Positions 60,513 to 64,000 of a DNA stretch of 64,000 nt are shown here, in pieces. Each line of letters begins with the position of its first letter. The stretch's first letter is position 1. The position numbers and the translations under genes are program-made. Location of the stretch: positions 782,400 through 846,399 of the forward strand of contig JAKMXF010000310.1 in the NCBI GenBank assembly GCA_024704765.1. Direction: 5' to 3'. Origin of the DNA: Oopsacas minuta (taxonomy: Eukaryota > Animalia > Porifera). The notes below the pieces were generated by a model that saw only the letters and a list, made by a program, of their open reading frames with translations, was not told where the DNA came from and searched no databases.

Positions 60513-62003
60513 ATGCAACCAGAATTGAGCAGCGAAATATGTGAACTGTATCAAGTTTTATTCGAAACTCGCCAGAAGTTAGAATTCCTAAATCAGATCT
60601 ATAAACTGAGAGCTTCTCTGATCGATGAATTACTGCATCCTCAGTACTCAACCTCAACTCGTAGTAGTCATAAGAATGTATCCAAATCAGCTAAATCAGC
60701 TTCCTCTACTGTAACACCAGAATATACACCTGATCCTATAGGTTTAGAATCTATTCATATCTCTAATATTGGTGATATAGATAAGGAGGATACAGATGTG
60801 ACACCTGAAAAGCCTTACGATTTCACTCAATTAGATTTGCTTCTACAAAAGTCTAAAAATGTGAGGAATGATGAGATACCTCAAAAACACAAAAAGGCTC
60901 TCAGAGAAAATAAACCAAATATACCTAGAAAGGAAGAATCAAGTAAATCTTCAGTTATCAATACAAAAAGTGATAAACTCAAACAAACATGTGAAAAGCT
61001 CCGTGTACAGTCCAGTAAGACAAGAAATGTACCAAAGTCTACTTACCAAGCCTCTTACTCGAAGAAACCATTCCTCCAGCACAAACACAAAGAAATGAAG
61101 AGTCAAATATGTTCTCTACCTCAGATAGAATACTCTCCTACACCATCTCGCGAATTATCACAATATAATGTAGAATATAAACAGCAACATAAACAGCCCA
61201 ATATAAGAGAGAATGAACACTTAAATTCTACTACGCATGAACCTACTCTTAAGCTACCTACATTAAGACCTGCTGTTAAGGGCATGCCTCTTACATTCTC
61301 TCCTCCTTACCAACTCCCATCACTCCCTTCTGAATTCGTAGAGGCTTTGAGAGACCTGAAGAGTGCACAAATAGAACTGGCTAGATTGCTCAAAAATGAC
61401 CAAACAAAGATATTCGCTCCAGGTAAAGATTTTATTCGGAAATTTGAGGAACTTTATCGTGGAGATGAAACACCAAGAGATAGACAATTATACGCCTGTA
61501 ACCTCTATAAAGAGATAGAAGATGGATCCATACCTGCAGACATCAAATCATTCTTTCTCAATTCTCTACAGTCTAATATAGCTAGTGAAGAATCTAATAA
61601 GAACAGACATACAGGATTTATATATCCGTGTATACACTGTTCTGATGTGAAGAGATGTTCTGTTGAAGGAATTAAAATGCCAAAATTAATCCTCCTAAAA
61701 GAGTTAAACTTGTGTTCCCTTCTCTCTGAGTGCTACCCAGGGTCTCTTCTCTCCAAAAGCAGTTTGATAACTCGTGATAGACTTCAGTGTAAAGATCTGA
61801 ATCAAGTCCTTGAGCTACAGCTTCTAATTATTGATGTATTCTCTCTCTCCGTTAAGAAGGATATATTATCTGCATGTATGAAAGTAGTACCTAGTCTAGA
61901 CTTAGATAAAACAGAGGATAGGCAAGCTCTTAGGGTTATAGCCCAGATTCTAGATTCTAGCAATATTACATCATTCTATGAATACAGTATACCTGATGAT
62001 TAA
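60513..62003 (+). CDS. Uncharacterised 496-aa protein, possibly TEDC2 (tubulin epsilon/delta complex 2)-like
   Basis: Long clean ORF. N-terminal coiled coil, LDLLLQKSKNVR, LPSEF..A and a helical C-terminus loosely follow the remembered TEDC2 blocks (L..LEKAVRVR; LP..F.KA). Confidence 0.55.
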   Translation: MQPELSSEICELYQVLFETRQKLEFLNQIYKLRASLIDELLHPQYSTSTRSSHKNVSKSAKSASSTVTPEYTPDPIGLESIHISNIGDIDKEDTDVTPEKPYDFTQLDLLLQKSKNVRNDEIPQKHKKALRENKPNIPRKEESSKSSVINTKSDKLKQTCEKLRVQSSKTRNVPKSTYQASYSKKPFLQHKHKEMKSQICSLPQIEYSPTPSRELSQYNVEYKQQHKQPNIRENEHLNSTTHEPTLKLPTLRPAVKGMPLTFSPPYQLPSLPSEFVEALRDLKSAQIELARLLKNDQTKIFAPGKDFIRKFEELYRGDETPRDRQLYACNLYKEIEDGSIPADIKSFFLNSLQSNIASEESNKNRHTGFIYPCIHCSDVKRCSVEGIKMPKLILLKELNLCSLLSECYPGSLLSKSSLITRDRLQCKDLNQVLELQLLIIDVFSLSVKKDILSACMKVVPSLDLDKTEDRQALRVIAQILDSSNITSFYEYSIPDD

Positions 62004-62174
62004 AGCATGTAGCATCAATTCTTAATTATTTTAATTTATAAGTTGTAGTTAACTTTGGATGATGAATAGCTAAGCCGGGGAAATTTCGATTTCAGTTTGA
62101 CTGATACTCACTGTACCAAGCATCCTAGATTTAGCTAGTTGAAACCTGACCAACCTGATCTCCTACGACCCATA

Positions 62175-62306
62175 CAATGGAACTTCGTTAATACGAACAC
62201 AACTCACAATTGTTGGCTCTATCCGTAGTTCGTTAACCGGAGTAATTTCAATTGAATAGTCATAGTAAGGACCAGATTTTAATTCGTATTTAATGAGATT
62301 CTACTG
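62175..62306. mobile_element. pogo/Tigger-type MITE
   Basis: TA|CAATGGAACTTCGTTAATACGAAC...TTCGTATTTAATGAGATTCTACTG|TA. Confidence 0.65.
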
Positions 62307-62583
62307 TAATAACCTTTAGCAGACGTCAGATAGGTAATTTCAAATGGGTAAATTATTTACTGTTAATACGCTTACGAGTTATTTAACCAGTTTTTAATAT
62401 GACACTTTGTCACAGTATGACTATCGTTAGAGTGCAATGTTAGCAAGGCTTTTGCGAGGGCAGATAATTAGATTATCTTTCCTACTGTTTAATCAATATT
62501 TTATTTCACTCGTTCACATAATATCCCTAAATATTCTTTATTTAGATGTCGATGTAATACTTCTTATTTCTGGGGTTGAAAGA

Positions 62584-63225
62584 ATGGCCTCTAAATACCC
62601 TTCAACTGCAAGGACGTTGGTACCAACAATTCCTCACACTAGAATTTGCAAATCACAAATTAGAACAAAATTATTAATTTCATTAAATCAGATGTTAACT
62701 CCATGGCCAGCATTAGTAATGGCTGTAGAGAATTCATTCGGTGGTCCTGACACTAAAGAGAAAGCTGAATGGCTTAAAGAAGTAGTAGTAGATTATATTC
62801 TTAGCAAGAAATTATTGGATATTGATGAGTTAGAGGAATATATTCTAAACATAATGGAGACTGAGTTCAATACATTGGTAGATGATGGTAGTTGTATTAA
62901 ACTTTGTGAGACTATTTTAAGAGTTTATACAGCAATTCAGTTGAATGATACTTTAGAAATAGAACAAATACTCTCTCCATTCAGATTACTGGTCAAGTCT
63001 AATGTTAAAACAGCAAAACCAGTTAAAGAGTCTGTTATTCATGAAGATACAGATGAAAAAACAGAAATTTGTATTGTAACTCAATCAGAACGGGAGACTA
63101 CTGTATTAAATACTGATTTTACTGATAAATGTGATGATGATATGGATGTGAGTGGTGAATGGCAAATTGTAACTAGGTCTAAGAAGAAGAAGAAGAAAGT
63201 TTCTACTTCTATCATGAATATTTGA
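62584..63225 (+). CDS. TSR2: Pre-rRNA-processing protein TSR2 (eS26 escortin)
   Basis: WPALVMAVENSFGGPDTKEKAEWL...ELEEYILNIMETEFNTLVDDGS (WGG domain); acidic tail with EWQIVTRSKKK. Start placed at ATG 62584. Confidence 0.88.
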   Translation: MASKYPSTARTLVPTIPHTRICKSQIRTKLLISLNQMLTPWPALVMAVENSFGGPDTKEKAEWLKEVVVDYILSKKLLDIDELEEYILNIMETEFNTLVDDGSCIKLCETILRVYTAIQLNDTLEIEQILSPFRLLVKSNVKTAKPVKESVIHEDTDEKTEICIVTQSERETTVLNTDFTDKCDDDMDVSGEWQIVTRSKKKKKKVSTSIMNI

Positions 63226-64000
63226 ATTAACTCAATGTGATTATTTATACAACTACGTATACTGATATTAGAATTTGAATTTTATTTTCACATTTAAAAT
63301 ATTTTAACAAATACAGTTAGTTGTAAAAGGATCAACGCTAGTGGTGTCATGCGGTGCAAAATGGGACTCGCCCAAAATATTTTGTCCAAGGGCTACGACT
63401 ATCTACATACCAAGGCACTCTGGTGATACGAATAAATAAATATTCTGGGCCAACTCATACAATCTCTATTAGTCAATACTCAATAGTTATCTACCAGAAT
63501 CCATTTCTGGACGCTATTTGGGGCTTACAAGTTACAACACCACTAGGTCCCCACTTAGGCACTGACCCTCAACTACTGAGTAGAACTTGACCCCAAAGAT
63601 TTCAATATTCCAATCCTCTTATGAAATTCATTGAAGATCCAGTTTCAGATCAAATCATCAAGTAATTCAATACTCCAATAAATTTATAGAGACCCTTAAC
63701 TTTTATTTCTAAATCAGACTTAAATCGTTTGGTATCTAATTCTTATTCATTCAACTCTACTCCTGTTGCAAAAGTCAACGTCCTCTAGTAGGATGGTGGG
63801 TAAGCCCTCTATTCCGAGGTGTGAGCCCATTTATCAATAAAATGAGTCTATAGATTACACAGCCCTGCGGAAAAAAAAATTTTATTTGCTGATTGTTATT
63901 GCAAAACATTCTCTAATCCACATTTTAATACTGATTTTGAATAATTTTGTAAAATATACGTATCACGTCTAGTTTTTTTGCAAAATTATTTTTAAATATT

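Noticed and set aside
62437-62583. Hydrophobic N-terminal extension of TSR2 in the ORF track
   Set aside because: AT-rich upstream sequence with no TSR2 similarity; ATG 62584 is more plausible. Upstream starts at 32570, 44033 and 57328 were dropped for similar reasons.

Overview
AT-rich, gene-dense, intron-poor animal (eukaryotic) genomic DNA. The style (mostly single-exon conserved genes, several NHL-repeat genes/pseudogenes, many small DNA-transposon MITEs) suggests an early-branching invertebrate, possibly a glass sponge; this is inference only. Recognisable conserved genes: an SH3-SH2 adaptor, a ZAK-alpha/MAP3K20-type kinase, RUVBL2, a UQCC3/Cbp4-like protein, a 4-exon cathepsin L, PUDP/HDHD1, a 3-exon AIMP1 and TSR2. 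Weaker calls: TERB2-like, TEDC2-like, a FEM1-like ankyrin protein, a pseudokinase-Kelch fusion and NHL proteins. Mobile DNA: an apparently intact hAT element with a perfect 8-bp TSD, a disrupted pogo/Tigger element, two inverted Ginger/KRBA2-type integrase remnants, MULE and Charlie-type remnants, and many MITEs. The most unusual item is a tandem paralog pair (26.7-31.1 kb). Their N-terminal domain carries the R/H/STT/E signature of cholera/pertussis/pierisin-type ADP-ribosyltransferases. It is fused to a Ser/Thr/Pro-rich stalk (10 x 93-bp repeats in one copy) and a KRxLF...KR tail (cyclin-docking/NLS-like), and the two copies carry complementary frameshifts. No rRNA, tRNA or CRISPR array was recognised. 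All family assignments are from motif recognition by eye; no searches were run.
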